Shown: positions 28,958 to 40,073 of the stretch, piece after piece
Position numbering within the stretch: the first letter of the stretch is position 1
How the letters are laid out: each line of letters opens with the position of its first letter
NCBI RefSeq assembly: GCF_006345805.1
Contig: NC_043001.1
Span: forward strand, 39,618,001 to 39,682,000
Direction: 5' to 3'
Source of the DNA: Octopus sinensis
Lineage: Eukaryota
Length of the DNA stretch: 64,000 nt
Program-made: the position numbers and the translations under genes
Notes under the pieces: generated by a model
Seen by the model: the letters and a program-made list of their open reading frames with translations, nothing else
What the model was told of the DNA's origin: nothing
Database searches by the model: none

Positions 28958-29336
28958 AAAATAATAAAGGTGAAAAATTGAATATTAATTTGATTAATAT
29001 CAATTTAAAACCAGTGGTCTAGCATATTGAAAAATCTGAAGATTCAGAAAAATTATATTACATACATATAAGAGGGAGGACCACTAAGTGGACATCCATT
29101 ATGCTAGAAGTAGACCCTCTATGGTCTTACCATTAAGATAGGATTGTCTCCAAGAAAATTTTGCAAACGCCAGAACAAGACAAATGAAAAGCTACAAAAT
29201 ATAAAGATATAAAGAGACTAAGGAGTAATTGTTTGCTAAATTTTCTTGAGAACAATCCTTTCTTAGTGGTAAGACCACAGGGGGTCTACTTCTAGCATAA
29301 TGGATGTCCACTTAGTGGTCATCCCTCTTATATGTA
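28958..29336. mobile_element. Fold-back repeat, sibling of 51737-52309
   Basis: About 105-bp inverted arms (29063-29168 and 29231-29336), the same ~100-bp leader as the 51.7-kb copy, and a right end abutting (TA)n. Confidence 0.8.
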
Positions 29337-29342
29337 TATATG

Positions 29343-29373
<31 letters not shown>

Positions 29374-29781
29374 CTCTATATATAAAACTGAAATGCGTTT
29401 TTACCGCTTGGTTCGCTTTCAATGCCACTACATCCCGTCCGATTCGCTCCAAAATTTACACGGACATGTAGAATGAGGTGACGATGCGCGTGGGCTACCT
29501 TAGAAATCCCTATCTTAAAAGCTGTGGTTTCTAGGGGCCATCTTCCTACCTCACCCTATTTCCTCTAGTACTCTGTCACTCCGCTTCATTTATAACTTTC
29601 AGAATGCCACTACGGTTATTTAAAGTATCTGTCACTATCGCTATTTCCTTTCTTTTTCACTGACTCTGTTTCCTACCTTCCTATCACTTCGGCGACGTTC
29701 TTTTAAGTATCTGTCTGTCACCAACAAACAACACACGAGCATGAGAACAAATATTATGAATCAGATATTCTTGCGTTCATT

Positions 29782-29784
<3 letters not shown>

Positions 29785-29812
<28 letters not shown>

Positions 29813-30070
29813 TCTATATATAAATATGTATATATAATGTAAGTGTGTGTGTTCTATATATAAATATGTATATATAATGTATGTGTGTGTGTGTGTTCTA
29901 TATATAAATATGTATATATGATGTATGTGTGTGTGTGTGTGTGTGTTCTATATATAAATATGTATATATAATGTATGTGTGTGTGTGTGTGTTCTATATA
30001 TAAATATGTATATATAATGTATGTGTGTGTGTGTGTGTGTTCTGTATATATAAATATGTATATATAATGT
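29785..30070. repeat. Minisatellite of about 40-45 bp, about 7 copies
   Basis: Unit (GT)n-TCTATATATAAATATGTATATATAATGTAT. Confidence 0.85.
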
Positions 30071-30221
30071 ATATATACAAAGTGCATATATCTGTATTTA
30101 TGTATATTAAACTTTTTCATACTTTTTCATAATTATATATATTTTTTAACAAATTATAAATATAATTTAATAATTTTTATTTTCAATTTAAATAATTTAA
30201 ATTTTTCAATTTTATATTTTA

Positions 30222-31133
30222 CTAGCAGTATCGCCCGGCGTTGCCCGGGTTTGTAAGGGAAATAACTATATAAGCATTTGTAGTGAGTTATAGCAAAAAA
30301 AAATAGCAAAAAATGCATTAAAAATGGAATAAAAAATTATGGTAATTTTTTTTTTAATCGTTGACTCATCGTAGACATTTTTAGAGAGTTACTTCCCTTA
30401 TATAATAGCGAAAAATGCATTAAAATGGAATAAAAATGATGGTAATTTTTTTTTTTAATCGTAGACTCATCCTAGACGCGCGCTAATACCCAGAAGGGCT
30501 CGATATGAATCACGACTATAAGATACCCGGTTTTGGTTACACTGCAACGCAAAATGTGGGAGTAGTTAGGAATCTAAATCGTAGGAGACAGACACACAAC
30601 CTTACTTTTATATATAAAGATTTGTACAACTAAAACATTCGGTTGTGCAAATTGTTTGCACAGGAAACCTGCCCTGTGTGGCGGTTTTTGCCGTTTTTGT
30701 GGATCTGTTTCAGCTTTTTTAGCGATTTCTGTTTTGGCGACTTCAAGCCATGAAGTCGTTGTTCTAAAAGAACGCTGGTCTCCTTGACAACGCATTACGA
30801 CGTTGATTTCCTTACACTCCCTTCACCACAGCTTCACGAGGGAGGGAAGAAGGGGGAGAAGCAACACAGGTGCAGGCGTGAGCGTGGACGCCAACTCCGC
30901 CGCCATCGACACACGAAAAAATATGCATTAAAATGGAATAAAAAATGATGTTAAATTATTTTTAAAATCGTAAACTCATCGTAAACGCGCGCTAATACCC
31001 AGACGCGCTCGATATGAATCACGACTATAAGATACCCGAATTTGGTTAAACTGCACCGCAAAATGTGGGAGTAGTTAGGAATCTAAATCGAAGGGGACAG
31101 ACACTCACACAACTACATTTTTATATATATAGA
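30222..31133 (-). mobile_element. Helitron family 2, nested antisense in unit 1, with two 5' ends
   Basis: 3' CCCGGGCAACGCCGGGCG hairpin + CTAG|T at 30222; 5' A|TC ends at 30620 and 31133 with duplicated subterminal sequence. Confidence 0.8.
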
Positions 31134-31899
31134 TATATTTTCTATGTTATATTTTCTTTTTTTATGTTTTTGTTTTTGGTTTTTCAATGTTTGATTTGCC
31201 TCTTAGTGGTTTTATCTCTAATTTAATTTATACAGATATATATCTCATTTGTATACATTTGTATATATAATGCGTGCACACACACACACATATATATATA
31301 TACACATATATATATATATAATGTGTGCATTACGTAGTCGGTCGATTCAGCTGAAAATATGCACACCTATGTTAAAGGTGCTGACAAGTTTGCATGACAA
31401 CTATTTTTTTCCTCAAATGAAAGGCGTCACCTCTAGGACAAAATTCCTCATCTTATAAAATGTGGCCCCAGTAGACCCGAATGAAATCGGGTTATATTAA
31501 CCAAAATGTGAAAAGGGGTCTAAATGGGGCTGGAAGGGGATTAAAATTTCAAGGAGCGGGTGTTTAGGAATTCTCTGTTACATCAAGCTAAAAAATTTGC
31601 GCCAGCCTTTTAATCTTCAATGTGTTGCCGTCCATGATAAAGAAGTTTTGAATGCTTGCCATGGTGAGTCTACTGTCGTGAGAAAGAATCACTTCAAAAA
31701 TTGGTGTTTACGAATTTTCTTTTACATCAAGTTCAAAATTTTACGCCAGCCGTTAAACTGTCACTACGTTGCTGTCCGTCGTTAACAAATGCCAGCCATG
31801 GTGACTCTACTATCCTCAGATTCTATCCCTTCAAACTTTGGTTTCCAATATTTTATTGTTTTTATTCAGCTCGCAAGTTCGTCTGTCCCTTTTAAATGT

Positions 31900-32450
31900 T
31901 AGCGTTTTGCTGTCTGCCTTGAAGCAGACCTTTCCATTGCCACTGCCTCATATTTCTGATTGATCTTTCTAAATATTTTATTTCTCAACTTACTCAAGAT
32001 CTTCTGTTGTTTATAAATGGGAGAGAGATAGATAAAGATAGAGAGTAAGAGAAAGCGAGGGAGAGTCCGAGAGAAAAGAAAAGTAAGAGAGTGGGAAAGT
32101 GAGAGAGAAAGGAGAGAGCAACAAAGAGGGAGAATCATCATCATCATCATCATCGTTTAACGTCCGTTTTCCGTGCTAGCACGGGTTGGGCAGTGTGACC
32201 GGGGTCTCGGAAGCCAGGAGACTGCACCAGGCTCCAGTCTGATCTGGCAGTGTTTCTACAGGTGGATGACCTTCCTAACGCCAACCACTCTGTGAGTGTA
32301 GTGGGTGATTTTTTCGTGCCGCCGGCACTGGTGCCGGGGGGGCTCGCAGTGGGGACGATCGGTTGGTGCTTTTTACGTGCCACCGGCACAGAACCAAGTC
32401 AAGGCGGTGCTGCAATCGGCCACGTTCAGATGGTGCTTTTTACGTGCTGA
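31900..32450 (-). mobile_element. RTE 3'-end fragment inside Helitron unit 1
   Basis: (CAT)n tail followed by cgtttaacgtccgttttcc...gctagcacgggttgg, the reverse complement of the 24.6-24.85-kb RTE end. Confidence 0.7.
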
Positions 32451-32515
32451 AAGGAAGCAACAGAAAGTAACAACCACACTCTTACCCGCGCGTAGAGCGG
32501 GTCACCTTCAGCTAG

Positions 32516-32933
32516 TCTCTATATATAAAACTGAAATGCGTTTTTACCGCTTGGTTCGCTTTCAATGCCACTACATCCCGTCCGATTCGCTCCAAAATTT
32601 ACACGGACATGTAGAATGAGGTGACGATGCGCGTGGGCTACCTTAGAAATCCCTATCTTAAAAGGTGTGGTTGCTAGGGGCCATCTTCCTACCTCACCCT
32701 ATTTCCTCCAGTACTCTGTCACTCCTCTTCATTTGACAATGCAACTACCGTTATTTAATGTAAAGTCTTCCTCAAATCACTCTGTAGCTATTTACTCTCT
32801 TCCAAGAACATTTTCACTCACTCTTAACTCTTACCTTCCTATACATTTTACTCATGTATCTCTCAGCGTTCATGGACAGTAACAAATATTACTCGCAATC
32901 CCCATCGCCATCGCATTCTATTGTCTACCTGTC

Positions 32934-32989
<56 letters not shown>

Positions 32990-35900
32990 TATATCTAATA
33001 TTATAGTTTTATGTTTTTGTTTTTTTACTGTTTCATTTCCCTATTAGTGGTTTGATCTCTAATTTAATTTCTACAGCGTGCACACACACACACACACACC
33101 TATATGTGGCCCCAGTAGACCCGAATGAAATCGGGTTCTCTTCATCAAAATGTGAAAAGGGGTCTAGAATTATCATCGCCACAACTTATGTTTTTCCTAA
33201 TGATGATTATCATCGCCACCACCAACATACAATCATGACAATCTTTCTCTTAAAACAAATCATGTTTACATTGCAAAATATTTCATTTTCCCGTCCTCTC
33301 TTTCATATATGTGAACCAGGTTTGGGTGGCCGCACAACTACAATTAGACAACGGCTAAAAACATTCGATGTTGATAATGCCTGGATCGTTCCATTCAACC
33401 CTTTGCTTTCCAAAACATTTAATGCACACATTAATGTTGAGTACTGCAGTTCGGTGAGATGCATACAATACCTCTGCAACTACATTAATAAGGGCGATGA
33501 TATGGTCGTGTTTGTGTTCAGTGATGAAGACCTTAGACATGACGAAATTAAACAATTCGTTTTCGGTAGGTATGTATCCTCCAATTATGCAGCGTGGCGC
33601 ATTTTTGGATACGAGATTCATCTAAGCTCACCATCAGTTTTCCACCTGAATGTTCATTTACAGAAGAGACAGCTGGTTTACTTCACAGAGAAAAATGCAC
33701 GTCAAGTCATTGAAAATCCAAAAGGGACTACGCTTACAGCATTTTTTAAATTGTGTTCAGTTGATGAGTTTGCTGCTACTCTCATTTACCCTGAAGTACC
33801 GGAATATTACACATACAACAATAATAATTGGAAGCGCAGGTCACATGGAACAGAACTTGACAATTGGCCCGGTGTTTCTAGGAAGAACGTCATTGGACGT
33901 GTGTATAATATTCATCCTACCAAACAGGAAATCTCTTTGAGAATGCTACTTCATGTAGTTACTGGACGAAAGTCTTTTGTTGATCTTCGCACGGATGATG
34001 GTATCATCTGCGCCACTTACAGGGAAGCATGTTTGAGGTGCGGACTTCTTCTCAATGACGACCGCTTACACAGGACATTAGCAGAGGCCTCAAATTGTAA
34101 ACTGCCATGGCAAATGCGTCGATTGTTTTGTAGCATATTAATCCACTGTAATCCCAGCAACCCTTTTAACCTTTGGGAATCGTTCACACAGAGCCTATCA
34201 AAGGACATACAGGCTAATTTAGCGCTACGTGATGGTAACGACGATGTTTATAATGAGGCATTAATCGACATGGACAGACACATCAGACGCTATGTTATAC
34301 GCGTTTTAAGTGAATTCCATCTGCCAACACCTGTCCATCATGAAGCGCCTTTGGATGTTGAATACATGTCAGAAAACAACTACAACATTGCCGAATTGAC
34401 GGAAACAAGTACGCGAGATGAACCAAGACTTTTGCCTGAACAAAGAGAGATTTATAATGAAATTATTGACAGCGTTAGATTGAACCAAGGAAAGCTTTTC
34501 TTTTTGAATGCTCCAGGTGGTACTGGTAAAACTTTCGTTATCAATTTGATTCTCGCAAAGCTGCGCGCTGAACGTCGATTTGCCATTGCATGTGCCTCAA
34601 GTGGTATTGCAGCGACACTGCTTCAAGGCGGCCGTACGGCACATAGTGCATTCAAATTGCCCATGGACATTGGAAAGAAAGATAATCCTATATGTAATAT
34701 AGATCGTAGTTCCTCAAGAGCAAGACTTCTTCGTGAATGCAGTCTTTTTATTTGGGATGAGGCTACAATGAGTAATAAGGCCATGTTTGAGGCTCTTGAC
34801 AGAACTCTCCAAGATTTGCGTCACAATACAAAAATAATGGGTGGAGCTACGTTTCTCATGGCAGGAGATTTTCGACAAACTCTTCCTGTTGTCCGAGCAG
34901 GCACTAGAGCTGATGAGGTTAATGCATGTATAAAGCATTCTTTTGTGTGGCACAGTGTTATCAGTCGCCATCTTCAAACAAACATGAGAGTCCACCTACA
35001 TGGTGATGTGGAGTCTGAGGCTTTCGCAAAACACCTATTAGATCTTCGTGATGGAGTTTTGCCTTTCGTTGATGATGAGCATATTCGGTTGCCTTTTGGG
35101 AATTTCGTTCCAAATGTAGAAGAACTTATAAGAGCCGTTTTACCTGACGTCGAAACTAACTTCCAGGATCTCGATTGGCTAAGAGCAATAGCTATTCTAT
35201 CGCCTCATAATACAACAGCTCATGCTACAAATAAACAAGTACTTGATATGAATCCTGGTGAGATAGTTTCTTTCATGTCCATCGATACAAATAAATATGA
35301 GAATGATGCAGTCAAATATCCACCCGACCTACTCAACAAGCTAACACCTCCGGGACTTCCACCTCATCATTTGTGTTTGAAAGTTGGTGCTCCAATCATG
35401 GTGCTCAGAAATATGGAAACGCCTGAAATATGCAATGGAACCCGAATGGTTATTAGGAGGATTCAAAGCCATGTTATAACTGCTGAAATTTTGAGTGGAC
35501 CATTTGTAGGAACAATCAAAATGATACATAAAATGAGTATTTCACCCTCTGATGTTCCCATTCAGTTTAAACGCTTTCAATTTCCAATAAAACTATGCTT
35601 CGCGATGACAATCAACAGGTCACAGGGACAATCACTGGACATTGTAGGCATTAACCTGTCACAACCGGTTTTCAGTCATGGTCAATTGTACGTAGCCTGT
35701 TCTCGAGTTGGAAATCCACGTAAACTCTTCATTCTTGGCAATCATGAGCGCACAAGGAACGTGGTTTATCAGGAGGCTCTGACAAAAGAAAACTGATTGT
35801 AAGTCATGAAATTTTGCTTGATTTTTTATTTTGCACCTCTTCATTATCTCTTCATTCTTGAAAATAAAGACATTAAAAAGAACATGGTTCATAAAGAACA

Positions 35901-36678
35901 TTGGGTTCAGATGTTTGCAAACATTTGATCGAACTCATTCTCTTTATTCCTCATTTTCCGATTCCTTCTACGTCTCCATTAAACGGTTTTGTCAAGTTAT
36001 TGTTTCTTCGCTAACATAAGACATTCATAAAGTGAATGAGTTGTTAATTACATTTTATACACTATTCCATTGTTTAGGTGGTGTCGAAAGGACTGGCATG
36101 TGTCACCATATAAACTCTCTCAGTCAAACTCCCAACTCATGAGTTCACATCGTGATACTCTTTCTACAAAACTGAGCTGGGTGTGAATTCTAATTTCATT
36201 CACTATAACAGATTTTTTAATTTTTGAAACAAACACATTGCCTCTTTCGTTTTAAAACAATAAAACAATACTACCTCAATACATTGGTCCAACAAACAAA
36301 ACATCCAACACTCTCATTCTTTTATGTATCTGTCTTCCTCCATCACTCACTCACTTTTCTCCCTTCCTTTCACATTCTATCTATAACGTCGTTTCACAGC
36401 GTCTACCTCCCTTACATTCACTTTCTCTTTATAACGTCGTTTCACAGCGTCCGTTATCTCCCCTCCCTGCCTTCCACAGCGCTTTCACACACTCTCACTC
36501 TCCACGTCTGTCTGCATTCATAGAGAGAATTATCATCGCCACAACCACCACTCAATCATGACAACAAATATTATGAATCAGATATTTATTGGGTTAATTT
36601 ATATATGTGTTTCTGTATCTATATATAAATATGTATATATAATAATCTTTATATATACAAAGTGCATATATCTGTATT

Positions 36679-36720
<42 letters not shown>

Positions 36721-36783
36721 GTATACATTTATATATATATACCACACTCTTACCCGCGCGTAGAGCGGGTCACCTTCAGCTAG
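32516..36783 (+). mobile_element. Helitron family 1, unit 2 (carries the helicase ORF)
   Basis: Starts TCTCTATATATAAAACTG directly after the unit 1 CTAG; ends with the identical hairpin + CTAG|T at 36783. Confidence 0.92.
33235..35796 (+). CDS. N-terminally truncated Helitron RepHel: end of Rep plus complete PIF1-family helicase (853 aa from the first ATG)
   Basis: No stops. Motifs DNAWIVPFNP, HINVE, YLCNYINKG, APGGTGKT, WDEATM, GDFRQ, AMTINRSQGQS and HGQLYVACSRV are present; no E-x-Q-x-RG-x-x-H-x-H motif. Homology starts near 33316. Confidence 0.9.
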   Translation: MTIFLLKQIMFTLQNISFSRPLFHICEPGLGGRTTTIRQRLKTFDVDNAWIVPFNPLLSKTFNAHINVEYCSSVRCIQYLCNYINKGDDMVVFVFSDEDLRHDEIKQFVFGRYVSSNYAAWRIFGYEIHLSSPSVFHLNVHLQKRQLVYFTEKNARQVIENPKGTTLTAFFKLCSVDEFAATLIYPEVPEYYTYNNNNWKRRSHGTELDNWPGVSRKNVIGRVYNIHPTKQEISLRMLLHVVTGRKSFVDLRTDDGIICATYREACLRCGLLLNDDRLHRTLAEASNCKLPWQMRRLFCSILIHCNPSNPFNLWESFTQSLSKDIQANLALRDGNDDVYNEALIDMDRHIRRYVIRVLSEFHLPTPVHHEAPLDVEYMSENNYNIAELTETSTRDEPRLLPEQREIYNEIIDSVRLNQGKLFFLNAPGGTGKTFVINLILAKLRAERRFAIACASSGIAATLLQGGRTAHSAFKLPMDIGKKDNPICNIDRSSSRARLLRECSLFIWDEATMSNKAMFEALDRTLQDLRHNTKIMGGATFLMAGDFRQTLPVVRAGTRADEVNACIKHSFVWHSVISRHLQTNMRVHLHGDVESEAFAKHLLDLRDGVLPFVDDEHIRLPFGNFVPNVEELIRAVLPDVETNFQDLDWLRAIAILSPHNTTAHATNKQVLDMNPGEIVSFMSIDTNKYENDAVKYPPDLLNKLTPPGLPPHHLCLKVGAPIMVLRNMETPEICNGTRMVIRRIQSHVITAEILSGPFVGTIKMIHKMSISPSDVPIQFKRFQFPIKLCFAMTINRSQGQSLDIVGINLSQPVFSHGQLYVACSRVGNPRKLFILGNHERTRNVVYQEALTKEN

Positions 36784-36786
36784 TGT

Positions 36787-36951
36787 ATATATAAATCAAA
36801 AAAACGCAACAAGAATGCAAAACATGACAATAAAACATTCAGACAAATAGACGATAAAAAGGACAGGAAAAACACATCTTTTTATCATCTATCTGTGTGG
36901 ATGTTTTATTGTCATCTTTTACGTTCTTGTTCCACTTTTTGGATTTATATA
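36787..36951. repeat. Short fold-back element between TA tracts
   Basis: About 75-bp imperfect inverted arms around a roughly 13-nt loop. Confidence 0.7.
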
Positions 36952-37604
36952 TATGTATGCATATGTATATATATTTGGATTTGTATATATATATATGCAT
37001 ATGTATATATATTTGATCACCAAAGTTTCAGGAGTTAAGTTCATGTTATAAGCCTACAAAATTTTGATTTACATGGAGCCAAATCAAGCTCTTATTAAAT
37101 ACTAATAGATGTACTCCTAGTCAAATGCCCACTCACTCATATTTATAATGTGTGTATGTGTGTGTGCATGTGTGTGTGTGTGTGTGTACATTTTCATGAA
37201 TAATATTTCTGATGACAGTCAGAAATCCAACTGGTATACACACTAAAGATGAGGTTAATGCATTAAAAGAATGTTCATTTTAATAACAATAACATTTCTC
37301 AGGTTTTTAGAACAATTATTAATTTTGTTAAGTTCATCAAACCAAGAATAATTTGTGGATCACATGCTAGCAACTAAATCTCTCTTCTGCAAATCAAACA
37401 AATAATCTCAGCCATTATTTTGTTGTTTCATTGATACTGGAATAATTTTAAAAAGGAATTTATAAACATTAAAATACTATTGGCAATGTTTGTTTGTTAC
37501 AACAGAATTTATGAAATGACTGACTCTCAAAGTTAGTGTTTAGAGAAATATATTTTGTTCATGGTCAGGAAAATATAAAGAAATGATTACTATTTGGTAC
37601 TTAC

Positions 37605-37889
37605 TATATAGTGGTTTTAATTCAAATTTTATCTTCTTGCCAGTGCTCTTACAAAATAACGTTACATCATTATTTGAAAGAAGAGTGATGTTCAAGATGT
37701 TGACTTTCCCAGAAAGGACATTTGCTTCCAAAAATTTACTTTTAATTGGTGACCAAGCAGGATCTCTAATTTGTTGAAATTCAATTTGCCAGTATTCAAT
37801 TTTTTGCATTGCAACACATTCAAGTGTTGTTGATTGATTTTTCTTGGCAAATCTTAAACCAGCATTAATTACTTTAACTTCAAGAGAAA
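37605..37889 (-). CDS. IgSF gene, Ig-domain exon A (285 nt, phase 1-1)
   Basis: Acceptor ttctttccttcag, donor GTAAGT. Open 95 codons VSLEVKV...TTLECVAMQKIEYWQI...ILNITLL...TLFCKSTGKKIKFELKPLY with the Ig C-W-C pattern. Confidence 0.8.
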
Positions 37890-37950
37890 CTGAAGGAAAG
37901 AAAATATAAAGCATACATACATATATACATACATATATATATATATATAT

Positions 37951-38206
37951 ATTGATAAAAATGGTAAGACAACAAAAGAATGAAAGGAGATCTCGATATT
38001 ATGTAAATAGAGGAATTTATCTGTAAATATATGTGACAATTATTCGGTAGCCATGATAAAACTCCGAGTTTCTGATGCCAAGGTGGAAAACCACACTACC
38101 ATCTCTTCAGTTGTCCAGCCATTGTTCCGATGGCTGGATAACTGAAGAGATGGCGTCATGGTTTTCCATGGCTACCGAATAATTGTCACATATTATATTT
38201 ACAGAT
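37951..38206. mobile_element. Fold-back element in a (TA)n tract with a hammerhead-like motif
   Basis: Inverted arms about 38015-38122 and 38130-38206 (the right arm has an internal deletion); TA tracts on both sides. Confidence 0.75.
38055..38115 (-). ncRNA. Variant type-I hammerhead-like motif
   Basis: GACAA-CTGAAGA-GATG...CATC-(A)-GAAAC-TCGGA-GT-T-TTATC. One extra A precedes GAAA and helix I has one mismatch. Confidence 0.45.
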
Positions 38207-38213
38207 ATATATG

Positions 38214-38322
<109 letters not shown>

Positions 38323-39324
38323 CCACCTTGTTATTCAAAGGTGTAATCTTTCTAATAGAAGAACAATAATAAATTAAAATTATGAGGAATAATTGAAAAA
38401 TTCCTTTTAATGTATATTTTAAAATTGAATGTGAATAGTGTTATAGAGGACATTTCAAAGAAAGTAAAATGTGAGAACCAAGTGGCACCAATATATATCA
38501 TAGATGATGTTGATGACATCAACTAGCTGTCAATGACTTAAATATTATATCTTCTGATTAGGAGGAATAATTGTTGTAAAATAAATATCTCAATCAGAAG
38601 CATACACCTACTTTAGGATCTGAAATCAGACATTCAAATATTAGAAGGTATTTGGTTCCTGAAATTTATCTAAATACTCTTAGTACAGTCAGTTAATGCA
38701 CTAACACATTGATTACCATTTTGTTCAATTTTCTGTTATATCTGTATTGTACTCACATTTAGTTTTAAAATTTGAAAGATTTTATTTAATATATTTAAAT
38801 GGGCAAAAACTGCATGAATACTAACAGTAAACTGTATGTTGAGGAAGGCAATATAATATTAAAAGCATGTAATTGGTTTATTGTTAACAAAGACTGATAC
38901 TGATATTAGAAAGCATTCAAAATATCTGCTGACATAGTTGGAACTTTCTAAAATCATATTTTCAGTCCTCAGTTTGCTACTAAACATGTTAAAACTCAGG
39001 CATTAACAAACAGAAATGAACTAGAGACAATTACATCACACCATTTTTACTTTTCCTAAACCCAGAGTTTTCATGTCATTGGTTTAAAAACAATAGGACT
39101 ACAATATGTTGTGCTAATAATCAATAAGATTGATTATTATGACAATATTAACTCCAGAATAAACAAAAAAAGATAAAATGAAATTTTGAGAATTTAAAAG
39201 TTATTGAAGTTATAGTCATTACTGATATGGCTGATCATAGCAATTCATAGACTAATGTCATCAAGTATCTGTCAGTCAACTTATTTTTCCAGAAAAGACT
39301 TTGTATACCAGAGTTCTAATATAT

Positions 39325-39517
39325 TATTTTCTACTCTAGGCACAAGGCCCGAGATTTTGTGGGGAGGAAGCCAGTCAATTGTACTTAATTTATTGACCCC
39401 AAAAGGATGAAAGACAAAGTCGACCTTGGTAGAATTTGAACTCAGAACATAAAGAGAGAGAAAATACTGCAAAGCATTTCGCCCAACATGCTAACATTTC
39501 TGCCAGCTCACTGCCTT
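39325..39517 (-). repeat. SINE family 2, near full length
   Basis: Minus-strand head GAGCTGGCAGAA (A-box-like) and GAGTTCAAATTC (B-box-like). Confidence 0.8.
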
Positions 39518-40073
39518 ACAGTTCTAATATATTATTCTTGTTTTTTTTTCTACATTTTGTTTTACTCTCACACTTTAGAAATTCTATGTTCAGCAAAATA
39601 TAACATCATCATCATCATCATTTTAACATTTACTTTTGCATGCTTGCATGGGTCAGAGTTTTCTATGGCTGAATGATCTTTATGCCACTAACCCCCACTT
39701 GTTCCCAGGCAAGATAATAACCTTCCTTGGACATGTCTGTGCAGAGAACTGGAAATAAACAATGCATATAAAGGAGCATTTTATTCTCAAAGATTACACA
39801 ATATATTAAGAAGTCCAGTTATGCTTCCACAGTCAACTGCTAGCAAAGTTATTGTTTAAAACCAGGAAGACATGTGAAGACAAGAGTGAATACTAACTCA
39901 CTTTCACAAATAAACACATACATATATACCTTTTTGTGTGCACAGTTTGTGAGAGACAATACCTTTCTTTATATATATTTAAACAATATTTAAACAATAT
40001 TTTTTAAGAAATAAATAAAATAATACTTTACGATACTGGAAAAGGGATAAGTGTTTGTAAAGGGAACCTACTT

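Larger units (their letters stand above)
29373..32515 (+). mobile_element. Helitron family 1, unit 1 (non-autonomous, with cargo)
   Basis: 5' A|TCTCTATATATAAAACTG; 3' CCCGC-GCGTAGA-GCGGG hairpin followed by CTAG. Confidence 0.9.

Noticed and set aside
29785-30070. CRISPR-like array
   Set aside because: The 'spacers' are just variable (GT)n tracts in a eukaryotic minisatellite.
37205-37230. CTGATGA...GAAA as a hammerhead
   Set aside because: Only 6 nt separate the motifs, with no helix II and no helix I or III support.
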